Assembly: GCA_001795695.1 (NCBI GenBank)
Contig: MGKO01000004.1
Coordinates: 1-53,094 of the forward strand
Reading direction: 5' to 3'
Source: Candidatus Yanofskybacteria bacterium RIFCSPLOWO2_01_FULL_49_17
Lineage (GTDB): Bacteria; Patescibacteriota; Minisyncoccia; 2-02-FULL-40-12; GWA2-44-9
DNA: 53,094 nucleotides
Shown: one piece after another, positions 8,353 to 18,275 of the stretch
Layout: every line of letters starts with the position of its first letter
How positions within the stretch are numbered: position 1 is the first letter of the stretch
Program-made: the position numbers and the translations under genes
Notes under the pieces: generated by a model
What the model was told of the DNA's origin: nothing
Seen by the model: the letters and a program-made list of their open reading frames with translations, nothing else
The model's database searches: none

Positions 8353-9903
8353 TTAGGATAAAATGCGCGAGTAGTTCAGTGGTAGAACGCCTAACTGATA
8401 ATTAGGAGGTCCCAGGTTCAATCCCTGGCTCGCGCACCACGTTGGAAAAGTCAATGCCTCGCCCCGCCTTCGGCGGGTCTCGGCGACCAAATCGTACGGA
8501 TTTTTCGGGGCAAAAAGAAATTCCCGATTCCGTAAAATATGGTTCGAGCCGATGTTTTTCAGAAATGTTGTCATTTCGGAAAGATTTTCTGATTCAAGCA
8601 GATTAGCGGCTTGATTTAAGGACTTTACGAACTCACGAGCCGGTTCGAGCCAAGACAACCCTTTTGTCTCAAAGTCGGTAATTTTTTCGGTTAACTCGAT
8701 CTTTTGTGAAATGAGAATGTCTTTTTTAGCGGCGTATTCTCGTTGAGTAAGAGCGTCATCGAGATATACGTCAAGCAACTTTTGAAGTTTTGCTTCCATC
8801 TGTGATAATTGCTCTTTGAGATTTATAACTTCACTTTTGGCTTGTTCCTTTGCTTCGGTTTCTTCCGTATCCAACGCCGCCAAAACTTTCTTGGTGTCTT
8901 GGCTCGACAAAGAAACTTTTTGAAGGAAGTTTTTGATTTGAACGATAAGCTGATTTTCACCGAGATACTTTTCTTGGCACGTGCCTCGCTTCTTGGTACA
9001 GCGGTAGTAAGTGTATATACCTCCGTTGCCTTTCGCATATTGCGCAGTTATCGAGCAACCGCACGAGGCGCATTTCATAAGGCCAAGAAAAGGAAAGTTG
9101 TGTTTTCTGTCTGGGCGAATCTTGCCACGCTTAGTCATAACCTCTTGGCACAAATCAAAAAGTTTCTTTGAAATTAACGGCTCGTGTGTTCCCTCAAAAA
9201 CTTCCCCTTTGTATCTCATCAAACCAATGTAAAAGGGATTTTGGAGAATATGCTGAACATTGCTCAATGAGATTTTGTTTCCGGCATTTGTGAGCAGTTT
9301 CTTTTTCTCACACCAATTTGCGAGAGAGTTGAGTGGATATGCTCCGGTGGCGTACATCTCGAAGATTTTTCTCACTAAAGGAGATTTATCTTTATCAACA
9401 TCAATCCCTCTAGTTTTGGGATTATTGGAATATCCTACCGGAGCCCAGCTTGGCCACACTCCATTTCGTATCTTTTGGCGTAGTCCTCTTTTCACATTCT
9501 CTCGCAAATTGTCTACAAAATACTTCGATTGTCCAAAAGCAATGTTCAGCATAAATAATCCTTGCGGCGTTGGCTCAAACCAGAAGCAGGGAAATTTGAG
9601 GGAACGAATCAAGCCGCGATCCACGAAGTGAATAATCTTTCCACCGTCCACAGAATTACGCGCTAACCTGTCGGGGTGCCAAGAGATTATCCCGTCCGCT
9701 TTCCCTTGTTCCAACAATGACAACATTTCTGCGAATTTAATTCGCCCGGGTTCTTTTGCGGTTTTGGCCTCTTGGAAAGAGGCAACAATTTCAAGTTTTT
9801 CTTTGGCGGCAAATTCTTTGAGCTCAACAAGTTGAGCTTCAATGGAGAGAACTTGTCGGTCGTCTTCCTCGGTACTTTTTCTTGCGTAGATAATGTATTT
9901 CAT
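8353..9903 (-). CDS. Large serine recombinase (resolvase + recombinase + zinc ribbon + coiled coil); 3' end reads through the att site into antisense tRNA
   Basis: YARKST catalytic motif, DRLARN, GY, HEPLIS, CASCG...YYRC zinc ribbon. Confidence 0.93.
   Translation of the reverse strand: MKYIIYARKSTEEDDRQVLSIEAQLVELKEFAAKEKLEIVASFQEAKTAKEPGRIKFAEMLSLLEQGKADGIISWHPDRLARNSVDGGKIIHFVDRGLIRSLKFPCFWFEPTPQGLFMLNIAFGQSKYFVDNLRENVKRGLRQKIRNGVWPSWAPVGYSNNPKTRGIDVDKDKSPLVRKIFEMYATGAYPLNSLANWCEKKKLLTNAGNKISLSNVQHILQNPFYIGLMRYKGEVFEGTHEPLISKKLFDLCQEVMTKRGKIRPDRKHNFPFLGLMKCASCGCSITAQYAKGNGGIYTYYRCTKKRGTCQEKYLGENQLIVQIKNFLQKVSLSSQDTKKVLAALDTEETEAKEQAKSEVINLKEQLSQMEAKLQKLLDVYLDDALTQREYAAKKDILISQKIELTEKITDFETKGLSWLEPAREFVKSLNQAANLLESENLSEMTTFLKNIGSNHILRNREFLFAPKNPYDLVAETRRRRGEALTFPTWCASQGLNLGPPNYQLGVLPLNYSRILS
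8365..8439 (+). tRNA. tRNA-Ile(GAT) with encoded CCA; integration target
   Basis: Cloverleaf GCGCGAG...CTCGCGC-A-CCA, anticodon arm CCTAA-CTGATAA-TTAGG, GGTTCAATCC T-arm. Confidence 0.96.
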
Positions 9904-9925
9904 AGTTTTTTGTTAATTAATGATT

Positions 9926-10214
9926 AAAATTTTTCTTTTCTGCTTCTAACGGAATCGGGAATTTCTTTTTGCCCCGAAAAATCCGTACGATTTGATCGCC
10001 GAGACCCGCCGAAGGCGGGGCGAGGCATTGACTTTTCCAACGTGGTGCAGAATACTTGAATTAGTCCGAACCGCTTTCGCCGCCTGCGGCGGCGAGGAAG
10101 TCCCCCCGCGAAAATCCGGAAAGGCGGCGGAGCCGCACGAATCAAAACCGCAAAAGAACCCGTTAAAAACATCGGCTCGAACCATATTTTGTAGAAGCAG
10201 AAAAGAAAAATTTT
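9926..10214. repeat. Central block bounded by perfect 23-bp inverted repeats, containing an inverted attP-like junction
   Basis: AAAATTTTTCTTTTCTGCTTCTA (9926-9948) / reverse complement (10192-10214); 9949-10048 is the reverse complement of 8434-8533 (1 mismatch); 10043-10138 matches the reverse complement of 11421-11528. Confidence 0.9.
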
Positions 10215-10362
10215 CATAAGGATTCTTAATGCAAGAACTCATCGAGTTTCTTTTTTATTTTGGCTTGATTTTTATTAACATTTCAGCTAATGTAACTTTG
10301 GTATTAAGCTCGATTGTCGGGCTTAAATCGTACATTCCCAACTAAAGAGAGGAGAAATACGC

Positions 10363-11265
10363 ATGGAATTACAAACTGAAGTCGCAGGCATTCGATTGGA
10401 ACATCCACTGATGAACGCAGCGGGAACATGCAAGATGTTGGAGGACGTGAAAGAGCTTTCGCGTTCAGCCACAGCGGCGGTCATGGTCGGCTCAATCACT
10501 GTGGAGCCGAGGACTGGCAACGCTGGCGATGTCTACTGGGCAGGACCGATGTTCTCGCTCAACTCGCTCGGTCTTCCGAATCGCGGTGCGCCGTATTACA
10601 GAGAGGTACTTCCCGAGATGGTCGCGGTGGCTCACGGCGAAGGCAAGCCACTTTTCGTGAGTGTGGCTGGCTTCTCACCAGAGGAGTACACAGACCTCAC
10701 GGAGTTGGCGTTCCGTGGCGGGGCAGACCTCGTGGAGCTGAACCTCGGCTGTCCCAACGTGTGGCAAGGCAGCGCGCAGAAGCGCATCGCGTGTTTCGAT
10801 CCGGCACTGGTCGCAGAAGTGCTACGCCGTGTCGAGGAGAGAGTCGGAGCCGACATGAAAGTTTCGGTCAAGATTTCTCCTTTCTCAGACCCTTTCGCAC
10901 TTGCCGAAGTGGCGCAGGTCATCGGCGCATCGAAAGTGGCGAAGGCCGTCACAACGGTGAACACCTTCCCTAACGCGTTCAGCTACAACGGCGCGAAGCC
11001 GAGAATCACGCCGGGTGGTGGCCTTGCTGGATTCGCCGGACCAGCGATGAAGCCGATCGGTCTCGGACAAGTCAGGCAACTTCGCGGACTTCTCCCGGAG
11101 CACATTCAGATCATCGGTGTCGGTGGCATCACGCACGGTCAGGACATTCAGGAGTATCGCGAGAGCGGTGCAGTAGCAACGCAAGTAGCCACCGCCTATC
11201 TCGAGCGACACGAGCAGGTGTTCAGTTCGTTCCTCGGCGAGCTCCTCGAAGTCGCGAGCGAATGA
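10363..11265 (+). CDS. pyrD: Dihydroorotate dehydrogenase, class 1 (1A-like)
   Basis: MNAAG, NSLGLPN.G, ELNLGCPN, VNT, IGVGGI, QVATA; strong SD AGAGGAG. Confidence 0.9.
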   Translation: MELQTEVAGIRLEHPLMNAAGTCKMLEDVKELSRSATAAVMVGSITVEPRTGNAGDVYWAGPMFSLNSLGLPNRGAPYYREVLPEMVAVAHGEGKPLFVSVAGFSPEEYTDLTELAFRGGADLVELNLGCPNVWQGSAQKRIACFDPALVAEVLRRVEERVGADMKVSVKISPFSDPFALAEVAQVIGASKVAKAVTTVNTFPNAFSYNGAKPRITPGGGLAGFAGPAMKPIGLGQVRQLRGLLPEHIQIIGVGGITHGQDIQEYRESGAVATQVATAYLERHEQVFSSFLGELLEVASE

Positions 11266-11541
11266 ATCGCTCGCAGAAAATCGTCCCAACGGGACGCACA
11301 TTGGAAACAGTGTACGTCCCCTTTCTTTTTCAAAGAACAAAGAATTTGCCGCCAAGACCGAAATTCGGTAGAATTTCAGTAATCCGAATTCCGCCAAAGA
11401 AAAACTTGAAATTGTCAGCGGTGCGGCTCCGCCGCCTTTCCGTCCGCCAGCTGGCGGATTCGCGGGGGGAGTTCCTCGCCGCCACAGGCGGCGAAAGCGG
11501 TTCGGACTAATTCAAGTATTCTGCACCAGTAGTAAAATTTC

Positions 11542-11614
11542 GGGCCCGTAGCTCAGTTGGTAGAGCACCTCATTTGCAATGAGGGGGTCAGCGGTCCGAA
11601 TCCGCTCGGGTCCA
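11542..11614 (+). tRNA. tRNA-Ala(TGC), CCA not encoded
   Basis: GGGCCCGTAGCTCAGTTGGTAGAGC, anticodon arm CCTCA-TTTGCAA-TGAGG, G3:U70 pair; T-loop variant GGTCCGAATCC. Confidence 0.92.
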
Positions 11615-11627
11615 CAAAGAATAAAAC

Positions 11628-12680
11628 ATGGCAAATCCGATAAATGTATTGATGGTCATAGTCGGCTTGGCGGTTCTGGTGATGCTCGGCATCAATCTTT
11701 ATTTGATGATTCAGACCCGGCGGAAACAGCAGCAACCCGATGATAAATATCTGGCCATTCACCAGCGCTTTGACGCGCTTTCCCAGGCCGTGAGCGAGCA
11801 ATTGGAGAAAGGCCGGCAGGCATCCGAGCGGGCCACTCTGACCGTCCATCAGCAGGTCCAGAGCTTCACCCAGAATATGACCCAGCTTCAGGAGAACTTG
11901 AAGCAGGTCCACGCCAGCGTCAAAGACGTTTCCTCGTTCCAAGAGATGTTCAAATCGCCAAAACTTAGAGGCATCTGGGGCGAACAGTCGCTAGAGGCCT
12001 CTCTCCAGCAATATTTCTCGCGCGACCTCTATGAGATGCAGCATCACTTCCGCTCCGGTGAGGCGGTTGATGCCGTTCTGAAATTGCCCAACGGCACGCT
12101 ATTGCCTATTGATTCTAAGTTCAATTGGGAGAATTTTGAAAAGATGGTCAATTCAGAAACGGACATGAACCGGGAACTATACCGCAAGGCCTTCTATGGC
12201 GATGTCAAGAAAAAGATAGACGAAATAGCCGCCAAATACATTTTGCCGTCAGAAAGCACGACTGACTTGGCTTTGATGTATGTGCCGGCTGAGACCGTCT
12301 ACTACGAGATAATCAATAACATCAAAGATGCGGATATACCAAGCTATGCCCGGGCCAAGAAAGTATTTTTGGTGTCGCCCAACACATTTGCCTTGTCGGT
12401 CTCGGCCATCAGACATTGGTTCAAGGACATAGAGTTCAACAAACAGACCAAGGATATAATGAAGCGCCTTGAACGCATCGCCACGGACGGCAATAAACTG
12501 GCCGAGGGCTTCCGCAAACTGGGCAGCCATATTTCCAACGCCAAATCGGCCTTTGACGACAGCGAAAAGCGCGTCGGTCTCTTGGTGGACCGCGTGCAAA
12601 ACGTCATTGAGATAGGCGAGTCCGCTTCCAGCGAGGAAGTCAAAAAAATAGATCCGCCAACTGGCAGACCCGTCGCCTAA
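11628..12680 (+). CDS. rmuC: DNA recombination protein RmuC
   Basis: N-terminal TM + coiled coil, RGIWGE..L, D...LP, IDSKF, I..KYI.P, MYVPAE, VSPNT. Confidence 0.92.
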   Translation: MANPINVLMVIVGLAVLVMLGINLYLMIQTRRKQQQPDDKYLAIHQRFDALSQAVSEQLEKGRQASERATLTVHQQVQSFTQNMTQLQENLKQVHASVKDVSSFQEMFKSPKLRGIWGEQSLEASLQQYFSRDLYEMQHHFRSGEAVDAVLKLPNGTLLPIDSKFNWENFEKMVNSETDMNRELYRKAFYGDVKKKIDEIAAKYILPSESTTDLALMYVPAETVYYEIINNIKDADIPSYARAKKVFLVSPNTFALSVSAIRHWFKDIEFNKQTKDIMKRLERIATDGNKLAEGFRKLGSHISNAKSAFDDSEKRVGLLVDRVQNVIEIGESASSEEVKKIDPPTGRPVA

Positions 12681-12718
12681 CATTGAATTATATAGGATAT
12701 TTTAGTACCCTATTACCT

Positions 12719-14695
12719 ATGACAATTATACAACTGGCGCTGATCGCGGCACTCGCTTCGCTTATCTACGGCGGAGTTTTAATTTGGTCGGTCCTGAAAA
12801 AATCAGCGGGGGATGAAAAGATGCAGGCCATTCAGAAGGCCATCCAGGAGGGTTCGGTGGCCTATCTTAAGCGCCAGAATCTGACCGTTCTCTGGGTCGG
12901 TCTTCCGGTGGCGGCGGTCCTTTGGAAATGGCTCGGTATGCCCATCGCTCTGGGCTTTATCATCGGCGCGGCGGCTTCGGCCGCGGCCGGTTTCATCGGC
13001 ATGATGATAGCGGTCCGTTCCAATGTTCGCGTGGCCCAGGAAGCCAAACACGGTCTGGCCCGCGCTTTCACTACCGCTTTCCGAGGCGGGGCGGTGACCG
13101 GTTTTTTTGTGGTCGGTCTGGGCCTGCTTTCAGTAACACTTTTTTATTGGTGGTCGGGCGATGTCAAAGCGCTCATCGGCCTCGGTTTCGGTTCTTCTCT
13201 TATTTCTGTCTTTGCCCGTTTGGGCGGCGGTATTTTTACCAAAGGCGCTGATGTCGGCGCGGACCTGGTCGGCAAGGTTGAACATGACATCCCGGAGGAC
13301 GACCCGCGCAACCCTTCAACCATCGCCGACCTGACGGGCGATAGTGTATCCGATTGCGCCGGAATGGCCGCCGACGTTTTTGAGACCTATGTCGTCTCAA
13401 TGCTGTCTGTCATGTTGCTGGGCACATTGCTTTTCCCTTCTCATCCAGAAGTGACGACCTTTCCTCTACTAGTCGGAGCTCTTGGCGTCTTTGCCTCTAT
13501 CGTCGGTTCGCTTTTCGTTAAATTGACTGGAGGCATCATGGCGGCCTTATACAAGGGACTGGCCGCAACCGGCATATTGGTCTTAGGAGCGTTTTACTGG
13601 ACGACCAGCACCGGCCAGTTCAATTCTTTGCGGGGAATGCCGGTGTTCTGGGCTTTGGCCATCGGCATTGCCGTGGCCGGCCTGATGGTTCTTATCACTG
13701 ATTACTACACGTCCAAGAAATTCAGCCCGGTTCAACGCATCGCTCACGCCTCCACCACCGGCCACGGCACCAACATCATCACTGGTCTGGCTGTCTCAAT
13801 GCAATCCACCGCTTTGCCGGTCCTGCTCATCGCGGCGGCTATGCTCGGCGCGTTTCTGATGGCCGGCCTTTATGGCATCGCGCTAGCCACTATCAGCATG
13901 CTCTCTTTATCTGGCCTTATTTTGGCGATTGATTCCTTCGGCCCCATTACCGACAATGCCGGCGGCATTGCCGAGATGGCCGGTCTGTCCAAAGATGTCC
14001 GTGAGGTGACCGACCCGCTTGACGCGGTCGGCAACACGACCAAAGCCGTAACCAAGGGCTACGCTATCGCCTCGGCCGGATTGGCGGCCATGGTTCTTTT
14101 CGCCGCGTATACGCAGGAGCTGGCCTCTTTCGGCAAAACCGTTTTCTTTGAACTGTCTGATATCAGAGTCCTCATCGGCTTGTTCATCGGCGGTATGATG
14201 CCTTATCTTTTTGGTTCGTTGGCGATGCAGGCCGTTGGAAAAGCGGCTTCAGCTGTCGTGGACGAGGTGCGCCGCCAGTTTCGCGAGATACCGGGCATCA
14301 TGACCGGCCACGCTAAGCCGGATTATTCAACGGCGGTGGACATCGTTACCCGGACTGCTCTTAAAGAAATGGTCCTACCGGCTTTGATACCGGTTGTCAT
14401 TCCCATCCTCGTCGGCTACTTGCTCGGGCCCGAGGCCTTAGGCGGCCTTCTGGTCGGCGTGATAGTTACCGGACTTTTTGTGGCTATCTCCATGACCTCG
14501 GGCGGAGCGGCCTGGGACAACGCCAAGAAGTTCATTGAGGAAGGAAACTACGGCGGCAAGGGCTCCGAGGCCCACAAAGCGGCCGTTACCGGCGATACCG
14601 TCGGCGACCCGTACAAAGACACGGCCGGCCCAGCGATAAACCCCATGATAAAAGTCGCCAACATCGTCGCTCTGCTCATTGCCAGATTCTTGTAA
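12719..14695 (+). CDS. hppA: Membrane H+-translocating pyrophosphatase, K+-independent type
   Basis: [43 protein letters not shown] (Lys signature), [14 protein letters not shown]. Confidence 0.95.
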   Translation: MTIIQLALIAALASLIYGGVLIWSVLKKSAGDEKMQAIQKAIQEGSVAYLKRQNLTVLWVGLPVAAVLWKWLGMPIALGFIIGAAASAAAGFIGMMIAVRSNVRVAQEAKHGLARAFTTAFRGGAVTGFFVVGLGLLSVTLFYWWSGDVKALIGLGFGSSLISVFARLGGGIFTKGADVGADLVGKVEHDIPEDDPRNPSTIADLTGDSVSDCAGMAADVFETYVVSMLSVMLLGTLLFPSHPEVTTFPLLVGALGVFASIVGSLFVKLTGGIMAALYKGLAATGILVLGAFYWTTSTGQFNSLRGMPVFWALAIGIAVAGLMVLITDYYTSKKFSPVQRIAHASTTGHGTNIITGLAVSMQSTALPVLLIAAAMLGAFLMAGLYGIALATISMLSLSGLILAIDSFGPITDNAGGIAEMAGLSKDVREVTDPLDAVGNTTKAVTKGYAIASAGLAAMVLFAAYTQELASFGKTVFFELSDIRVLIGLFIGGMMPYLFGSLAMQAVGKAASAVVDEVRRQFREIPGIMTGHAKPDYSTAVDIVTRTALKEMVLPALIPVVIPILVGYLLGPEALGGLLVGVIVTGLFVAISMTSGGAAWDNAKKFIEEGNYGGKGSEAHKAAVTGDTVGDPYKDTAGPAINPMIKVANIVALLIARFL

Positions 14696-15157
14696 CCTCG
14701 CTCCGGCCCAGCCATTCTTCGCTGCGCTCCGCCAATTACCATCCGGCCTCCTCATCCGCCAGCTGGCGGACGCAACAAGGGCAACTCGGTCCGACCTAAG
14801 CGTCGGACCTCAAATACTCTCTCGTTTTGCTATTCGTTGGCTCATCCCTTCGGGACTGCGGATGGTGCCAATTGTCTCCACTACGCTTCAGAATGGCTGG
14901 GCCTTCGCTATTTTTTCAAAAACGTAGCGCAGCTAATAGCCCCTCTCACAAACTCTCGGAGGCGGTTTCAGCTCATCAAATAACAGCGTGAGCTGGCCGG
15001 ATGCCATTGAGTCCGTTCGGTTTTGTGAAACAAAACCTCAGGACGAAATAGCCATCGGCATAGACGGCTCCCGCCTTGGGCGGGATGAAACTGCCGAGAG
15101 TGAAGCGTGGAGCTTCGCTGGAAAGCTCCGACGCCGTTTTGTGAGAGGGGCTATTGG
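14696..15157. repeat. Composite structured intergenic element (two nested inverted-repeat modules), copy 1
   Basis: GGCCCAGCCATTCT...AGAATGGCTGGGCC and AATAGCCCCTCTCACAAA...TTTGTGAGAGGGGCTATT; second module homologous to 23166-23340 on the opposite strand. Confidence 0.75.
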
Positions 15158-15280
15158 CCGAGCGTTGTCCACATTTTGCTATGTTTTTCCTGTAGGGGTG
15201 TTAAAATTGAGGCAGATATTGGATAAAAGACCCCGCTGGCGCCCTAGAGGTTGCCGGCGTGGCAAAGAAGGGAGGTGCCT

Positions 15281-15967
15281 ATGTTGTTAGAAGTAGTACA
15301 AGCACAAGACATAGTTCGCACATCCTTGACCACTCTGTGGTCCGGGGTTGCCGGCTTCGTGCCGCGCTTGGTCGCGGCCTTGGTCGTTTTCCTCGTTGGC
15401 TGGCTCATCGCGGTGTTGCTGGGCAAACTGGCCTACCAGATCGTTAAGGTCTTGCATCTGGATGCCGGCCTCACCAGGGTTGGTTTCCGCCAGGCCTGGG
15501 AACGTTCAGGTTTCCGCCTGGACACGCCCAAGCTCTTTTATGAGCTGGTCAAATGGTTCTTCATCGTCGTCTTTTTGATGGCGGCGACGAACATCCTCGG
15601 GCTCGTTGAGGTGACTAACTTTCTGCAGACCGTAGTTCTGTACCTGCCCAATGTCATCATTGCGGCCGTGATATTGCTCATCGGTATCCTGGTGGCCAAG
15701 TTCACGGAAGGAGTGGTCCGCGCCTCGGTCAGAGCGGCCGGGTTGGCCTCGGCCAATTTCCTCGGCGCGCTGGGTAAGTGGGCCATCACCATCTTCAGCT
15801 TGCTCATCGCCTTGAACCAGTTGCAGGTAGCGGGAGACATCATCAAGATACTCATCACCGGACTCATCGCGGCGGTATCGCTCGCGGTCGGTCTGTCATT
15901 CGGTCTTGGCGGCGTCCGTCATGCCGATGAAGCGCTTGGTCGTCTGAAAAAGAGAGTCAACGATTAG
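15281..15967 (+). CDS. MscS-related conserved TM-helix membrane protein
   Basis: Two P.l..A.v..l.G..ia repeats, GLSFGLGG; SD GGAGGT. Confidence 0.8.
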   Translation: MLLEVVQAQDIVRTSLTTLWSGVAGFVPRLVAALVVFLVGWLIAVLLGKLAYQIVKVLHLDAGLTRVGFRQAWERSGFRLDTPKLFYELVKWFFIVVFLMAATNILGLVEVTNFLQTVVLYLPNVIIAAVILLIGILVAKFTEGVVRASVRAAGLASANFLGALGKWAITIFSLLIALNQLQVAGDIIKILITGLIAAVSLAVGLSFGLGGVRHADEALGRLKKRVND

Positions 15968-15995
15968 CTTATAGGTGATAGGAAATAGTTTATAG

Positions 15996-16034
15996 TAAAA
16001 TCATAATCGCGCTGTAAGCGCGATTATGATTTTA
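15996..16034. terminator. Bidirectional terminator nested within heptamer-repeat arms
   Basis: TAAAATCATAATCGCGCT-GTA-AGCGCGATTATGATTTTA between convergent genes. Confidence 0.8.
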
Positions 16035-16046
16035 TCTGGCTATCAT

Positions 16047-16099
16047 CCTATAACCTATAACCTATAACCTATAACCTATAACCTATAACCTATAACCTA
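16047..16099. repeat. Tandem heptamer (CCTATAA)7
   Basis: Seven perfect copies; complementary TATAGG/TAGGAAA units at 15965-15995. Confidence 0.95.
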
Positions 16100-16690
16100 C
16101 TGTTTGAGCAGTTGTTCCAGTCGTGTCCAGCAATCCTTGAAAACCTTTTTCAGAGTTTCTCTTTCGGAGGGTTTGAACTTTGACAGAACCAGGCCGGTCA
16201 CGAACCGGTCCCTTCGGCTATCGCTCAGGGCTCTCGCTTTCGCTAACGCCCGCACGGCTAGGCCTATTCTTATGCGATAGAATTTTTTGGTTTTCAGGGC
16301 CTTGATGACGGATTCAATGCCCTTATGGCCCCCCGAATTTTTGTCAAAAGAGCTCTTGCAATGACCGAATGGAATATCTAAATCGTCGTGAACAATAATA
16401 ATATCCGCCGGCTTCACTTTATAGAAACGAGCCAGTTTGCCGACCACTTCGCCGGACTTGTTTACGTATGACAAGGGTTTGACCAGGACCACCGGCGTCT
16501 TATCAAATTTGGTCTTGCTGACTAGCGCGTTCAGCTTCTTATCCTCGGCAAAATCATTCGCGCCTAATTTCTTGGCGACCAGATCCAAAAACATAAATCC
16601 GACATTATGCCGGGTCTCGGCGTACTTTCTCCCCTGCCTGCCTGCCGGCAGGTCCGGATTACCGATGCCGATGATAAGTTTAGTAGCCAT
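16097..16690 (-). CDS. pth: Peptidyl-tRNA hydrolase
   Basis: GIGNP, TRHNVGF, KP.SYVN.SG, HDDLD, GGHKG, RIRIG. Confidence 0.95.
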   Translation of the reverse strand: MATKLIIGIGNPDLPAGRQGRKYAETRHNVGFMFLDLVAKKLGANDFAEDKKLNALVSKTKFDKTPVVLVKPLSYVNKSGEVVGKLARFYKVKPADIIIVHDDLDIPFGHCKSSFDKNSGGHKGIESVIKALKTKKFYRIRIGLAVRALAKARALSDSRRDRFVTGLVLSKFKPSERETLKKVFKDCWTRLEQLLKQ

Positions 16691-16751
16691 TAGAACTTAG
16701 CTATTAGGCCAAGCTCAAAAATCATAACAAAAAGGCCAAAATACTGCACTA

Positions 16752-16780
16752 TTGACATTGGAGCCATGCTTTGCTATAAT
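16752..16780 (+). promoter_or_regulatory. Consensus sigma70 promoter of the DGR target gene
   Basis: TTGACA-17 nt-TATAAT with extended -10 TG. Confidence 0.85.
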
Positions 16781-16856
16781 TTACGGGCAAGTCGTAAGCT
16801 CTTTACGAATTACTGTTTCGGACAGTCATCCGGTAAAAAGAAAGGAGATGGCTCCG

Positions 16857-17756
16857 ATGTCAAAATCAAAAAAGACATTGGCTCCGTCCAGCATCGTGAC
16901 CAGCCGCGACCCGAAGGGTTTGAAGTTCACTTCCATTCCGGCGATGTCTTACGACAAAGCCCGGCTCTCCGAGGAGGAGGCCCAGCGCCTCAACGACACG
17001 CCAGGTCTGGCCGACCTGATTGACGGTTTCATCGCCAAGAACCGGCGGTTGAACCAGTACGCCAATGAGGAAGTTGGTTCTGGATACGGCTATCCCAAGG
17101 GCTTCAAGCCCAAGGATCCCATGTCACAGTCCAACGATCTGCGTCAGCTCATCGGTGGCATCGGCTTCTTTGATCAGGACTACCTGACGCTCGTGCAGAA
17201 CGGCACGGTCGCCCTGCCGGACGGAGCCGAAGGATGGTTCGCCATCCCGCGGTGGCAGAAGATCGCACCGACGTACAACGAAGCGGTGGAGAAGGTTCTG
17301 GCTCTGATTGCTTCCAAGCGCACGTTCAAGAACTGGCGTGAAGGGCAACTCGGTCCGGATCGGTTCCGACAGCATCCGCGGACGGCGCACGCGCTGGACG
17401 TCATCGCCGAACAGCAGAAGGGCGCGGACATTCTCATCATTCCGGCCCAGTTCGGCCAGCGTCACGCCGGCCGCAGCGTCCGTCGGGCTCGTGAGGTCTT
17501 CACTTCACCCGAGTTCGGTCTCGACGCGTTTAGCAACGCCGTGATGTTGCTGACACACCCGGAGCGCCTCATTGCTTGTGAGGATCTCTGGATCGATTGC
17601 GCTGGTGACGAGTACGCGCCTGCTGCCGATGGCCGGTTCAACGAGGCACCGTACTTCGACTTCTACGTCGGCTGTCTGGGGCTGGACGCGCACGTTGTGG
17701 GCAGTGCGCTCGACTTCTGTGGCTCCGCGTCTGGGTTCGTCCCGCAGGCAGTCTGA
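16857..17756 (+). CDS. DGR target (variable) protein with C-terminal VR, probable C-type-lectin-like fold; start 16848 or 16857
   Basis: 3' end matches TR; SD AAGGAG 9 nt upstream of 16857; ends ...GSASGFVP. Confidence 0.92.
   Translation: MSKSKKTLAPSSIVTSRDPKGLKFTSIPAMSYDKARLSEEEAQRLNDTPGLADLIDGFIAKNRRLNQYANEEVGSGYGYPKGFKPKDPMSQSNDLRQLIGGIGFFDQDYLTLVQNGTVALPDGAEGWFAIPRWQKIAPTYNEAVEKVLALIASKRTFKNWREGQLGPDRFRQHPRTAHALDVIAEQQKGADILIIPAQFGQRHAGRSVRRAREVFTSPEFGLDAFSNAVMLLTHPERLIACEDLWIDCAGDEYAPAADGRFNEAPYFDFYVGCLGLDAHVVGSALDFCGSASGFVPQAV
17619..17744 (+). repeat. DGR variable repeat (VR)
   Basis: 126-nt ungapped match to 18135-18260, with 18 mismatches all opposite TR adenines. Confidence 0.97.
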
Positions 17757-18134
17757 AACTTGACTGTTGGGTCATTGAATCTTTTGCAATATTGATTCTT
17801 GATCCGGCAGTGGTTCCAAAAGGGCTATTCACAGAATATCATGGATAGCCCTTATTAATTTTTATATAATAAAATTGTTCGGCTTGCGTACAGCGGTCTA
17901 TGGATTTCTGTCGCCGAATTATCTTTCAAGAGGCCAGCCGGAATTCTTGGGGCTACGGTTTCAAGGAGCGTGCTGAATTGAGGAGATACTGCTTGTCTCT
18001 GTCTCGCGCAGATGCTCAGAAGTATACGATGGGCTCCTGCCACATAAAATTCAGGACGAGAGGACATAAGTTGCTTGAGAGCAACAGTAAACTTTGTTAT
18101 CCGGTGATGATAGATGGGCAGAGACAATAAATAA

Positions 18135-18260
18135 CCTGCTGCCGATGGCCAGTTCAACAAGGCACCGTACTTCAACTTCAACGACGACTGTCTGAAGCTG
18201 GACACGAACGATGTGAGCAATGCGAACGACAACTATGGCTCCGCGTCTGGGTTCGTCCCG
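18135..18260 (+). repeat. DGR template repeat (TR)
   Basis: Adenine-rich (30 A, many AAC codons) non-coding copy of VR. Confidence 0.97.
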
Positions 18261-18275
18261 AAGTCACTCCTCAAA

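Larger units (their letters stand above)
8434..11528. mobile_element. tRNA-Ile-integrated serine-recombinase island carrying pyrD
   Basis: GCACCA core at 8434-8439 (tRNA end) and 11523-11528; both flanking arms recur fused around an inverted core at 10043-10048. Confidence 0.85.

Noticed and set aside
9924..10242. Three overlapping short ORFs
   Set aside because: Translations of the att-arm repeat block; 9992-10219 is informative only as the alternative recombinase tail
14679..15290. ORFs of 82 and 100 aa
   Set aside because: They overlie GC-rich inverted-repeat elements and show no protein-like features
16047..16099. CRISPR array
   Set aside because: Contiguous 7-mers with no spacers; no cas genes in the window
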